From a virus (Duplodnaviria; Caudoviricetes): DNA of 39,909 nt. Shown here in pieces: positions 1 through 9,135 of the stretch; positions within the stretch are counted from its first letter, which is position 1; every line of letters starts with the position of its first letter. A model generated the notes under the pieces. That model worked only from the letters and a program-made list of their open reading frames with translations, did no database searches and was not told where the DNA came from. A program made the position numbers and the translations under genes. Location: positions 1 through 39,909 of IMG/VR virus record IMGVR_UViG_3300037484_001115. The stretch is one strand, 5' to 3'.

Positions 1-186
1 ATCGTAAGTAGCAGCTTCCCAAGTAGGCTCTTCTAGTTCATTTCTAGCGTGAATATGGAAAATCGTAGCCCCTGCGTTGTAACATCTCTGAATATCTTGA
101 GCAATTTCTAAAGGGGTAACAGGAAGATTAGGATTATCTTTTTTAGTTGGAACCATACCAGTTAAAGCCACATTGATTATTAACAT
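1..186 (-). CDS. Beta-keto acid cleavage enzyme (BKACE/DUF849, 3-keto-5-aminohexanoate cleavage family), N-terminal part, truncated by window edge
   Basis: Not in ORF track. My translation from ATG 186 is MLIINVALTGMVPTKKDNPNLPVTPLEIAQDIQRCYNAGATIFHIHARNE..., with the family's A(L/P)TG, P.LPVTP.EIA and HIHAR Zn-binding motifs. Confidence 0.85.
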   Translation of the reverse strand, partial: MLIINVALTGMVPTKKDNPNLPVTPLEIAQDIQRCYNAGATIFHIHARNELEEPTWEAATYD

Positions 187-908
187 ATCGCATATCCTTC
201 TGGAAGATATTGTAACACAATTTTCTTATCTTCATCTGATAACCCATTTATACTTACCCTTTTAGAACTATGAAACAACCCATGTACTCTTTCTAAGGCT
301 GCTGGATTACTCCCCACAACTTTCATTTTTGGATATAAAGCTCTGACCAATTCTGTGCCTAATTTTTCACAATTCCATAAATCCCAACGAGATTCAATAC
401 TTCTGCCCAGTAATTGGGGATTCCACAAAGAAGGACAAAAAGTGAACCCTCCATTATAACTAGAATGAATTGACCAGGGCTTGACTTCTACAATTTCTAA
501 TTCCTGCCAATGTTCAACAGATTCAACTTCACCAGTATGCCATGATACGTCATCTGTTAAATTAACTCGAACTACTTCTTTGTGTTTATCGTCCATATAC
601 TTAGCTAAGGAATAAATTACGGATTTATTTACTTTTCTATTTAGCCAATGGTCAGGTAAAAATATCAAAAGTATTTCGTCTAAGTGAGAATAACAGATTG
701 ATTTTAATCCTTCTCCAAAAGAATTTTCCCAATCCCAAACACCATCACTAAAACAAGGCACTTGTTGAAATTTAATGTTAAATGGAAGGTCATTTTCCCT
801 ATCTCCAAAATAGATAATCTCTTCATCCCCATAATATTTAGCAAACAATTCTGCAAATATTCTAATTGCCCATTCGTACTCATGGGTGCCCAGCAAGATA
901 GGTATCAT
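180..908 (-). CDS. Putative GT-A fold glycosyltransferase
   Basis: 242 aa; hydrophobic strand followed by LPDHWL at the DxD-like position, then PSLWN...WDLWNCE; lies in glycosylation cluster. Confidence 0.5.
   Translation of the reverse strand: MIPILLGTHEYEWAIRIFAELFAKYYGDEEIIYFGDRENDLPFNIKFQQVPCFSDGVWDWENSFGEGLKSICYSHLDEILLIFLPDHWLNRKVNKSVIYSLAKYMDDKHKEVVRVNLTDDVSWHTGEVESVEHWQELEIVEVKPWSIHSSYNGGFTFCPSLWNPQLLGRSIESRWDLWNCEKLGTELVRALYPKMKVVGSNPAALERVHGLFHSSKRVSINGLSDEDKKIVLQYLPEGYAIC
770..783. repeat. 14-bp palindrome ATTTAA-NN-TTAAAT, first of 8 exact copies (also 9648, 15593, 17917, 30361, 30977, 33801, 38343; near copy 27579)
   Basis: Read directly from the sequence; central dinucleotide is CA, TG or TA. 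Confidence 0.85.
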
Positions 909-1105
909 TCTTTTATTTGAAATTCAGTATCAACAACCATATAGAGACTATTAAGAGGAACAATAGCCACTTTTTTGTCTTCGTGTTTATCTACGTTTAT
1001 TTCTTTTCGATTTATAAATACAACTGTATTTTCTTCAATATAGAAAAAAGATGCTTTTAACTCAAAATAAATATTTTCCGTTACAAAAACCTTATATCTA
1101 TTCAT
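905..1105 (-). CDS. Hypothetical protein
   Basis: 66 aa; AAGGAG upstream; stop overlaps next start. Confidence 0.6.
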   Translation of the reverse strand: MNRYKVFVTENIYFELKASFFYIEENTVVFINRKEINVDKHEDKKVAIVPLNSLYMVVDTEFQIKE

Positions 1106-1326
1106 TAAAATCTCCTTAAGTATTTTTATCTTTATTCCAATTCCATATTCATAAGTGTCGGGTAGATAAATAATATTAGTGATTGACTACCCTGTAAAAT
1201 GAATAATAGAGGAAACTACATCCAGCAAAAAGGATAAGTGAACAAAAGAAAAACTGCCTCAGATTCTTAGCTGCTTTTCTCTTTTTATAATCTGAAAATT
1301 CTTTAGCTGTTTGAGTCACGATAAAA

Positions 1327-1896
1327 TCAGGCAATTGACCACTTTACTCCAAAACCGCCACCATTTTCAGCCCCATCATGCAGATTATCAAGCCTCAATT
1401 TTGGCTCTTCCAATGTTTCCCAAAAATCATCCATATCGGGCCTAAATAGGTCATCAAAGCAAATAATGTGATTAGGGGTCATATAAGGCAACCAAGCTTC
1501 CAACTCTAAATTGGTTTGTTGCAAAGTGTGGGTGGTGTCAATGAACAAAATTGAAGGTTGACCAAATTTTTCCACTATCGTTTTAGCAGAACTAACAGAA
1601 TCACCTTCATAAAAAACAAAATTAGGACAGACATTTTGAATATGACTTAATTGTTGAGGATGGTCATAGGTAATGTCTACACCAACCACTTTGCCTTCTT
1701 TATGACCTAAAGCCATATGTAGACAATCACCCCCGCCGCATACTCCTAGAATAACACTCAGTCTAGGTTTTAATTCCTTAGTCAAAATTCCCAAAAATCT
1801 ATAATAAGGACTGGGAGGAAATAATTTATTCGGATAAGGCTTCTGTTGAACTGCCTCGTTGGCCCATACTTTTAACACGTGTTCAGATAGGTACAT
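1327..1896 (-). CDS. Class I SAM-dependent methyltransferase (Methyltransf_24/CmcI-like)
   Basis: Likely start MYLSEH at 1896 (GAGGA upstream). Motifs PYYRFL, ILGVCGGG, VGVDI, GDS, LFIDTTH, CFDD. Confidence 0.8.
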   Translation of the reverse strand: MYLSEHVLKVWANEAVQQKPYPNKLFPPSPYYRFLGILTKELKPRLSVILGVCGGGDCLHMALGHKEGKVVGVDITYDHPQQLSHIQNVCPNFVFYEGDSVSSAKTIVEKFGQPSILFIDTTHTLQQTNLELEAWLPYMTPNHIICFDDLFRPDMDDFWETLEEPKLRLDNLHDGAENGGGFGVKWSIA

Positions 1897-1898
1897 TG

Positions 1899-2465
1899 TT
1901 ATTCCTCGTAGACTAATACACCATAACCACAAATAGGATGTAATCTGTCATCTTGAATTTTATAATAAGGTAATTCGTTAAAATATTTTAGTACATCATC
2001 ATCCATTGCATGAAGGTCATCAAATAGAACATAAGCTCCATTAACTAAATAAGGCTTGTAAGCTTCAAATTCAGCTTTAGCCATTGCGTAGGAGTGCTCG
2101 GTGTCAATATGTAAAAGATGAATGGGATATGTTCCTCCATGTGGGTCCTTAAAAATATCACTAGTAGCGGGTAATGATGCCCTTTGCAAAAATTCTATAT
2201 CAGGAAATTCATCTAAAACAAAGTGTAAATCCGGGTCAAAAACTGTATCTAATCCTATAATAATGTTATCTGGATTTCCTGCTGCCAAAGAAGCTAAACC
2301 TCTGCCTTTGTGAACACCCAATTCAACTAAAGTTCCATCTTTGATTGTTGCTGCCAACAATCGCATTAAGTTATAATATGGAGAATAAAATTCCTGATAA
2401 ACCCAAGATAAATTAGCGGGAGGCTCTTCTTTAAGAGATTTTTTAATAATATTTTCAAGTTTCAT
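1899..2465 (-). CDS. Class I SAM-dependent methyltransferase (Methyltransf_24-like)
   Basis: PYYNL, VELGVHKG, IGLD, LHIDTEHSY, LFDD. Confidence 0.85.
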   Translation of the reverse strand: MKLENIIKKSLKEEPPANLSWVYQEFYSPYYNLMRLLAATIKDGTLVELGVHKGRGLASLAAGNPDNIIIGLDTVFDPDLHFVLDEFPDIEFLQRASLPATSDIFKDPHGGTYPIHLLHIDTEHSYAMAKAEFEAYKPYLVNGAYVLFDDLHAMDDDVLKYFNELPYYKIQDDRLHPICGYGVLVYEE

Positions 2466-3045
2466 AATCGATTTTTCTTTTGTTAATAAAGATACTTGTT
2501 TTCCATTTGTATTCTAAAATAGGACCATAACCAAAAAATTCTATTTTTTCCCAACCTGTCTCATAATTTCCAAATAATCGTTCCTCTGTTTTTTCCAGAT
2601 AATAAGTCCTATCTGTGTTGTCTAACACAATACAACCGCCAGGTTTAATGTGAGAATGAGCATGCGCTAAACAAGATGCCCTAGCTGACCCATCGATCAA
2701 GATTAAATCAAAATCACCATAATTATCAATCACAGAGGCATATTTTTTGAAATTAACTGGACCTAACAAAGTTGAGCCACTTTTATAGCAGCAAGGATCA
2801 CTTTTATCATTACAAATTTCTCCCTCTTCAAAAGGGATATATTGATAATCTACCCAATCAAGCAAACTTGGTCTAATCTCTTGATACCATTCTAAGTTAT
2901 GCTCGATTGAAACTAATTGCTGGACACAACTTAATTGTGTCCAGAATAAAGTAGATTCTCCACTGCCCCATTCAAATATTTGTCTAGGTTTTAGACTTTC
3001 AATATATTTTGTAGTTAGATAAGGTAGCCAGGGTTTATTTCCCAT
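2455..3045 (-). CDS. SAM-dependent methyltransferase
   Basis: Likely start MGNKPWLPY at 3045. Motifs FEWGSGEST, SIEHN, FDLILIDG, PGGCIVLDN. Confidence 0.85.
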   Translation of the reverse strand: MGNKPWLPYLTTKYIESLKPRQIFEWGSGESTLFWTQLSCVQQLVSIEHNLEWYQEIRPSLLDWVDYQYIPFEEGEICNDKSDPCCYKSGSTLLGPVNFKKYASVIDNYGDFDLILIDGSARASCLAHAHSHIKPGGCIVLDNTDRTYYLEKTEERLFGNYETGWEKIEFFGYGPILEYKWKTSIFINKRKIDYET

Positions 3046-3625
3046 TGCAGAATATAACCCCTTGACAATTACTGCCAGCATAAGGATATAATCTTTTCTC
3101 GCCGGGCAACGATTCAAAATACTGAACCATTCCCTTTCCAGGAGGGTCTACTTTTGCATCGTGGAAATCAGGCGAAACATCATCAGCAATCCAAATAGCA
3201 TCTTTATCTAGTAATTGAGAATAAAGCTCCCATTCTTTTTTGCTAGGTAAAAAATGGTGGCTACTATCCTGGAAAACAACACCTAACTTCCCATGTTCCT
3301 CACAAAACGAGAATACCTTATTCCAGGTAGTAATATTGATTGAATCACCTTGAATAAAATAATAATTGTTTCTAGGTTTATGAGGAACTGCATTTATATC
3401 AATCCCGATTACAAACCCATCATATTGTTCGGCTGCCATTGTCATGTAGGTAGAAGCTAGTCCTGCCTCTACTCCAATTTCAAGAGCTACCAAAGGTTTT
3501 CGCCATAACAACAGATGATACAAAAATCGGTAATAATTCCTGCGTTCAGGATTTCTTAGAAGGTCTACCTCGTTTGGAAGTTCCTGTTGACTTAACTGAA
3601 TCAGTTCCTCTATCTTGTCCCACAT
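3035..3625 (-). CDS. Class I SAM-dependent methyltransferase (Methyltransf_24-like)
   Basis: NYYRFL, LEIGVEAG, IGIDI, QGDS, FQDSSH, IADD. Confidence 0.85.
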   Translation of the reverse strand: MWDKIEELIQLSQQELPNEVDLLRNPERRNYYRFLYHLLLWRKPLVALEIGVEAGLASTYMTMAAEQYDGFVIGIDINAVPHKPRNNYYFIQGDSINITTWNKVFSFCEEHGKLGVVFQDSSHHFLPSKKEWELYSQLLDKDAIWIADDVSPDFHDAKVDPPGKGMVQYFESLPGEKRLYPYAGSNCQGVIFCNGK

Positions 3626-4280
3626 CTACTAATTCCTTTGTTTGAAGTTCATTTTTCGTAATTGGGTTAATCAGAACAAAACCCATTGGAATGTCTCCAT
3701 GTAAGCCCTGACTAAATAAGAATTTAGGCTCAGGCATTTCTTCCCAAAATTTTAACATCCCATCAAAATTATAAGCTGTTGTTATATCGTCGCAGATTAC
3801 CAAAGCTGGACTAGCCATTAAAGGAGAATATAAATCCCATTCTTTTTTGGCATATTGATAATCGTGCCAGGCGTCAATGAAAATGATTGATATTAGAGTA
3901 TTTAGATTCTGAATAAATGGAACAGCATCCCAAGTCCAGCGATTAAGATAAGTCAGATTCTCATAATGTCCTGCTGCTTCAATTGTCCTTAATTGAGCCG
4001 CCTTATCCTCTCTGTGTATGTCGCAGGTTATGCACAAGCCATTAGGATTCCCTGCCGCAAAATGGGCCGCTCCTGTAGCTTGCCAGCTTCCAAGTTCAAC
4101 TGTCAATTCTGGCTTTAATTCTTTGGCGATTAAATAGAACAATTTGTAGTAAGGGTTAGTGTGTCCAATCCAGTGAACCTGTTCATTGTACCTACTGTCT
4201 AGCCAATCGTCCCCGGTTGGCTCTTCTTTGAGAGATTGGTCAATCAGTCTTTTGATGTCATCTAAAGTAAAATTTTTCAT
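3546..4280 (-). CDS. Class I SAM-dependent methyltransferase (Methyltransf_24-like)
   Basis: PYYKLF, VELGSWQA, TCDI, FIDAWHDY, ICDD; basic C-terminal tail KRGRPSKKS. Confidence 0.85.
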   Translation of the reverse strand: MKNFTLDDIKRLIDQSLKEEPTGDDWLDSRYNEQVHWIGHTNPYYKLFYLIAKELKPELTVELGSWQATGAAHFAAGNPNGLCITCDIHREDKAAQLRTIEAAGHYENLTYLNRWTWDAVPFIQNLNTLISIIFIDAWHDYQYAKKEWDLYSPLMASPALVICDDITTAYNFDGMLKFWEEMPEPKFLFSQGLHGDIPMGFVLINPITKNELQTKELVDVGQDRGTDSVKSTGTSKRGRPSKKS

Positions 4281-4290
4281 TTATCTTCCT

Positions 4291-4482
4291 TTAATTTTTT
4301 CTATAAGTAACAACTATGGTGGGTCCTTTTCTAAACAAAAAACCACCTAACAACAATCTTAAACATCCTGTTTTATGATTGACATTTGTAACAGAATCTA
4401 CTTCCCAACCTCTTAGAGACCACCACCAAGCAGCTTGTTTGAATTGATTCGTATTGCCATATTCCTTGACCATTTGGCTCAT
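4291..4482 (-). CDS. Small hypothetical protein
   Basis: 63 aa with GWEV motif; coupled to upstream gene. Confidence 0.55.
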   Translation of the reverse strand: MSQMVKEYGNTNQFKQAAWWWSLRGWEVDSVTNVNHKTGCLRLLLGGFLFRKGPTIVVTYRKN

Positions 4483-4853
4483 TTTTTCAAACTCTGTAGA
4501 AATGCTTGCCCGCCACTAATAGACATTAACATTAAAAATAAATCTCCTAGATAGGTTGGATAAAGCCACATAAGAAACAAAGGGGCACTGATCCAAACAC
4601 CACTACAATAGGCACAACTGAGACCTTCGGATAAATTGTGCCACTTTCCAAACCACCTATCAGTTGTTGCATCTACATTTGGGTTTATCCCTTTTTGAAT
4701 CATTTCCCAATATGAATGGTCTAAAGCCCAATACCTAATTCTCTTAAAGATAAAAAATGGGCCGTCATCATCAGCTATCATTTTAGCCAACCGATAACAG
4801 ACAAAGACACAAAGAAGTAACCTAAATTCCCAGGAAATTTCTGGTAGTATCAT
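4479..4853 (-). CDS. DUF1360-like membrane protein
   Basis: YRLAKMIADDDGPF..F.RIR, LSCAYCSGVW and hydrophobic helices. Confidence 0.7.
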   Translation of the reverse strand: MILPEISWEFRLLLCVFVCYRLAKMIADDDGPFFIFKRIRYWALDHSYWEMIQKGINPNVDATTDRWFGKWHNLSEGLSCAYCSGVWISAPLFLMWLYPTYLGDLFLMLMSISGGQAFLQSLKK

Positions 4854-5739
4854 TCTTGATTGCCTCTAGTAAATCATCCCTCAAAGTATATTTTACCTTA
4901 CCCACATGATACCTTAATAATTTTGGTAGATTGTAAGGTGATTCTGTTTTAATCCAATCATCATCGTTTTTAGCTTCTTCCAACCATTGGGAAGCGGGCC
5001 GGTGTAATTGTTGGGTGGTAAATTTATCAAAATAAGGAAGAGTAGGTTCCTCTTTCCAAAAAGGGGCATGCATCAATCGGCGCTCATAAATGTTATCTCT
5101 AAATCCACCCAACAAAGAAACATCAGTAATCATTTCTTGGGTGTAGGGTTTAATTCCTTCTTGCCCTAAAGGTCCCCATTGAGGGAACATTTCACCCCCA
5201 AAATTGGAGCAGATTTTAGCATCCCAGGAGCGGGTAGTATTCATTCCATCGCCGACAAATTCAAAGTTATTTTTGTCTGCATTAAATCTAGTTCGACCTT
5301 TGTTTCCTACTCGATGCACCAAATGAGGAAACCACTTTACATATTGAAAATTGTTAGCATATTGAATTCGCCAGAATGATAAATCAAATTCACCTTTATC
5401 AAATCTTTGGAGCATCAATTTTAGTAAATCTTCATGCCAGATTTCGTCCGCTTGCCAATAAAGAACATTCTCGTATTGACAGAAATCTACTAAAACATTA
5501 GCTAAATGAGCAAAAACATTAGCATCGGTAAACGGAAAAGAACCTTCTAAAATAACTTTAATTTTGGGATTGCTTTGTGAAACAGATTTGAGAAACTCAA
5601 TAGTCCCGTCATCACTTCCACAATCCATGATGACCATTTCATTAACAAAAGGTAAAAATTGGGCCATCGTCTCTGGAAGCATAAAGGCTCCCTTGAACGT
5701 ATTCCTTATAAAGCAGCAAGCCGATAATGGGTAAGTCAT
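4822..5739 (-). CDS. Glycosyltransferase family 2-like
   Basis: FVNEMVIMDCGSDDGT and WQADE (DxD-like). Confidence 0.85.
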   Translation of the reverse strand: MTYPLSACCFIRNTFKGAFMLPETMAQFLPFVNEMVIMDCGSDDGTIEFLKSVSQSNPKIKVILEGSFPFTDANVFAHLANVLVDFCQYENVLYWQADEIWHEDLLKLMLQRFDKGEFDLSFWRIQYANNFQYVKWFPHLVHRVGNKGRTRFNADKNNFEFVGDGMNTTRSWDAKICSNFGGEMFPQWGPLGQEGIKPYTQEMITDVSLLGGFRDNIYERRLMHAPFWKEEPTLPYFDKFTTQQLHRPASQWLEEAKNDDDWIKTESPYNLPKLLRYHVGKVKYTLRDDLLEAIKNDTTRNFLGI

Positions 5740-6014
5740 TAAAAACCGCCTATGTATGACATCGTATTTTCTCCATTTAATTCTTTTCTAATTCTATCTT
5801 CCAAAATAAGAAGGGCAATGTATTTATCAAGTTCAGCAAATTTAGTTACTTTATTCCCAGGACCAATGAACCCTATACAATCAAATTCAAGCGTTTCCTC
5901 TTGAAAGAAAGCTGTTAAATCTTTAGCCTCAGCCTCTAGTAATCTAAGGGCTTCTTTTTCTTCTGTAGTTAATGTTTGTTTGATATAATCAGGAATATCC
6001 GCTAAGGTCTTCAT
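5739..6014 (-). CDS. Hypothetical protein
   Basis: 91 aa, translationally coupled on both sides. Confidence 0.6.
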   Translation of the reverse strand: MKTLADIPDYIKQTLTTEEKEALRLLEAEAKDLTAFFQEETLEFDCIGFIGPGNKVTKFAELDKYIALLILEDRIRKELNGENTMSYIGGF

Positions 6015-6718
6015 GCAAATTTTGTACTCCCTATAATTTGACCAGATTCATCAATCAAAACAAGCTCATAACCTGAACCTGTTGACTGTTCTACAAAAGT
6101 TAATCTGAGACCTAAGTCAATTCCATCTTGAAACAGACATAAAGAAAATTTACCTGTTGAAGGCTGACTTTGTTTTCTAACCAATCTAAAAATTGGATTG
6201 ATAGTAGTATGGTCAGTTCCACCCATCCACCCTAAACCAAAAACGGCATCAGCGTACTTTGGTTCTGATAGATGTTGTGGACATAAAGGCCAGATAATAC
6301 CAGCCCCAATATAAGGTTTATTTCCAATATAAACCATTCCGCCAGAATAAGGAAAGCCAGCATCACCGTTAGCGTTACTAAACCCAACTACCCCTGTTTT
6401 ATTGTTGTAATCAGGAGTGATTGAATCTGGATTAGGTAAAGCTGGTGCACCATTCCAAGAATGAACTACCGCTATTCCTTCGGCCGGACTTCCATTTTCA
6501 AGTTGAAATTTAGGAATAAATTCGGCAACTCCATCTCGAATATAAAAGCCGACTAGCTTCCAAACAAGAGAATTATTGGGAGCAACATCCCAACCAAATT
6601 CGCTATGGATTGAAACATCAACCCAAGATAATAATTCTTCGTATGTTTCTATTCTAGGGATGACTTGTAAACTCGGTGAATTGTTGTCTCTTAAGTCTTG
6701 TACAAATAGTTCGGTCAT
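6011..6718 (-). CDS. Hypothetical beta-rich protein, possibly virion or cell-surface associated
   Basis: 235 aa, Gly/Pro/aromatic rich; W.GAP.LP...GLGWMGGTDH segment. Confidence 0.55.
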   Translation of the reverse strand: MTELFVQDLRDNNSPSLQVIPRIETYEELLSWVDVSIHSEFGWDVAPNNSLVWKLVGFYIRDGVAEFIPKFQLENGSPAEGIAVVHSWNGAPALPNPDSITPDYNNKTGVVGFSNANGDAGFPYSGGMVYIGNKPYIGAGIIWPLCPQHLSEPKYADAVFGLGWMGGTDHTTINPIFRLVRKQSQPSTGKFSLCLFQDGIDLGLRLTFVEQSTGSGYELVLIDESGQIIGSTKFA

Positions 6719-6721
6719 TTT

Positions 6722-6970
6722 TTACCTTTTAGATATTACTCGCCAACCATCACCAGTAAAATCGGTTCTACATTTAATACCTTGAGCTTTTAGAGATTTT
6801 TCTACTTGCTTGCAATCATCAGGACCTCCTTCATGCTCAATTGTGTTGTAGCCAGCTATCAAATCACCCAGTGGTGTTATCCAATCGAAACTTCCACCAA
6901 TTGCTAGTAAATCGTCTATTTTATCGTTATTCATTCGATTTCCCTTTAGGCATTGCACTAAGCAAAACAA
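6722..6970 (-). CDS. Hypothetical protein
   Basis: ORF track; likely start at MNNDK. Confidence 0.55.
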   Translation of the reverse strand: MFCLVQCLKGNRMNNDKIDDLLAIGGSFDWITPLGDLIAGYNTIEHEGGPDDCKQVEKSLKAQGIKCRTDFTGDGWRVISKR

Positions 6971-7139
6971 AAAGATTACCCATAACCTGATATAACTGTA
7001 CTCTCACATAATCTAATTGTAGCATCAAAAGATTTAAGGGAACAAAAAGCAGAATAAACATCCTTGGTTGAAAAAGGATAACCAATTGCTATTCTTCTAA
7101 TAATATCATTGACTAGATTTTTATCTAAGTCATCTACTT

Positions 7140-8006
7140 TCACTTTACTAAACTTTTTAACCCTTCTTCAACATTTCTCAATTTAATTCCTAAATTATGA
7201 ATCTTGTTCAGGTTAAAAGTAGTATCTTTAGGTCTAGGGGCTAATCCTTTTATTTTATCCAACGAAATTGGATTGATGCCTTCTGTGTTACCTCTGAAAA
7301 TTTGAGCTACTTTTAGACCAAAATCATACAAAGTCATTTTTTCATCTGCTGCCACATGATAGATTTCCTCAACATTAGAGACTTCTATAATCTTCCAGAT
7401 AGCCAAAGCTAAATCCTCTGCTGAGGTATGCTGCCAATAAACATCATTGACTAGATTGCAAGATTCTCCTTTATCCAATTTACTCAAAATAGTAGTCATC
7501 CAATTTTGTCGCCCACCTGGATAAGGCCAACCATACAGAAGAAAAGGCCTAATAATAATCCAATTTCGAGAAGCGATTATCGCCTGTTCTGCTTCCTTCT
7601 TAATTGACCCATAACGGTTGATAGGGTGACATTCTGAATCCTCTGAATAAGGAGGATTATTGCCAGAAAAGATAGCGTTAGAAGAAATATAAACTAAATT
7701 AGCATCACAGTCTCTAGTAGCTTTTATAATATTTCGAGCGCCAATAACATTGACCATGTGGGTTTCGGTAAAATGAGATTCAGCAAAATCTACCGAACCA
7801 ATAGCAGCACAGTGGATGACAATATCAGGCTTAACTCGACTGAAAACATAATCTACCTGAGATTGATTACAGACATCTAAGTGATACATAGTTAAGCCAG
7901 GAATAAAATTGGTATAATGAGTCAAATGTAGTTCCCAATTTTTAGGTAATGTTTTGGTTAAATGTTTTCCCAACAAAGAAGAGCCACCGGTTATCAAAAC
8001 TCGCAT
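7140..8006 (-). CDS. rmlD: dTDP-4-dehydrorhamnose reductase (extended SDR)
   Basis: ITGGSSLLG Rossmann motif, HCAA..VD.AE, YISSNAIF, YGSIK (YxxxK), APRP. Confidence 0.85.
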   Translation of the reverse strand: MRVLITGGSSLLGKHLTKTLPKNWELHLTHYTNFIPGLTMYHLDVCNQSQVDYVFSRVKPDIVIHCAAIGSVDFAESHFTETHMVNVIGARNIIKATRDCDANLVYISSNAIFSGNNPPYSEDSECHPINRYGSIKKEAEQAIIASRNWIIIRPFLLYGWPYPGGRQNWMTTILSKLDKGESCNLVNDVYWQHTSAEDLALAIWKIIEVSNVEEIYHVAADEKMTLYDFGLKVAQIFRGNTEGINPISLDKIKGLAPRPKDTTFNLNKIHNLGIKLRNVEEGLKSLVK

Positions 8007-8322
8007 ATCTAATTTCCTTCATGAGTTTTAATAGCATTGTTGACTCCCCTGGTCTATTGAAATAATTTTATTGTTTTTAATTTTTACTTCATAAATCTTT
8101 TCATTTATAGGAACACTATAAGTACCATCAGGTACATTATTTCCTATATTTTCTTTGAACCATTTTTGAATTTCAATAATATCTAAGAGCATAATTTCTT
8201 ACTCGGCCCAAGTATATCCGCAATTGTCACAGTGATAGGTTCGATTAGATACTTTTCTAGTTCGATGTGAACCACAATCAGGACAAGTAGGTCCAAACAT
8301 TCCAATAATAAACTTAATGATT

Positions 8323-8511
8323 TTACTCACTTGGCTTTTCCTGTATTCTTAATAAAATAGGTTCTTGAGTAACAGGACATAAGGTCCACCAATCCCATAT
8401 TGTATCATTACAATCCTCTATAGGATTCGTTAGTTTTTTGAATTTCAAATCAGGATGAGTAAATCCACATCTAGCACATTTATGAACTGTGATTAGTTTT
8501 TCTGTTTCCAT
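8323..8511 (-). CDS. Small Cys/His (Zn-binding?) hypothetical protein
   Basis: CARCG..H...CP. Confidence 0.55.
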   Translation of the reverse strand: METEKLITVHKCARCGFTHPDLKFKKLTNPIEDCNDTIWDWWTLCPVTQEPILLRIQEKPSE

Positions 8512-8665
8512 ACGTCACCAAGATTCTACCTTTGAATTTTTCTTTAATTTTAACTACTTCATATTTGGCGATTATTCGAGTTTCATCTTCACTTCTAATC
8601 TTACCCCGTCGCCCTTCGATTCTGAGGACATTTTCTGGCAGTTCAAACAAGTCACCGACTTTCAT
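8480..8665 (-). CDS. Hypothetical protein
   Basis: 61 aa, coupled start. Confidence 0.5.
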   Translation of the reverse strand: MKVGDLFELPENVLRIEGRRGKIRSEDETRIIAKYEVVKIKEKFKGRILVTYGNRKTNHSS

Positions 8666-8874
8666 TTCTTGATAACCTCATGCAAAGATTTAGCAAATAA
8701 ATCTTTTTCCATTTCCTCATCCAACCAAATAATCTCAATATCAGAATAATCAGCAGGCAATAAAGCAAACAAAGGAATAATCATCCCTCTTGTTTCCATT
8801 TGTTGAACTAAATCCATTCTAATTCTTTGGTAATCTTCTACTGTAACACCCTTGATTACAACAATGCACTTCAT
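8662..8874 (-). CDS. Hypothetical protein
   Basis: 70 aa; GGAGG upstream. Confidence 0.6.
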   Translation of the reverse strand: MKCIVVIKGVTVEDYQRIRMDLVQQMETRGMIIPLFALLPADYSDIEIIWLDEEMEKDLFAKSLHEVIKK

Positions 8875-9135
8875 CTAACAATGACCTCCACTAGCAGGGA
8901 TAGAAGATAGAAAAATATCGCTGAAATAATATTCCCAGTAATCCCACCAAGCTAAAAGCCAATCGACATATTCCTCAGAACCAGGTAAAGGAACATAGGT
9001 ATCGTTTGCAATATCCCAATTATAATAGAGCAATTGGGTTTTATTCTGTTCATGTGAAAACATACACTTCTGACTAGAACTCTTCTCACAGAAGGTTTTA
9101 GATGGGTTGTAGAGAAGATTAGAAGGATATTTCAT
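8875..9135 (-). CDS. Hypothetical protein
   Basis: 86 aa, coupled to neighbours. Confidence 0.5.
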   Translation of the reverse strand: MKYPSNLLYNPSKTFCEKSSSQKCMFSHEQNKTQLLYYNWDIANDTYVPLPGSEEYVDWLLAWWDYWEYYFSDIFLSSIPASGGHC

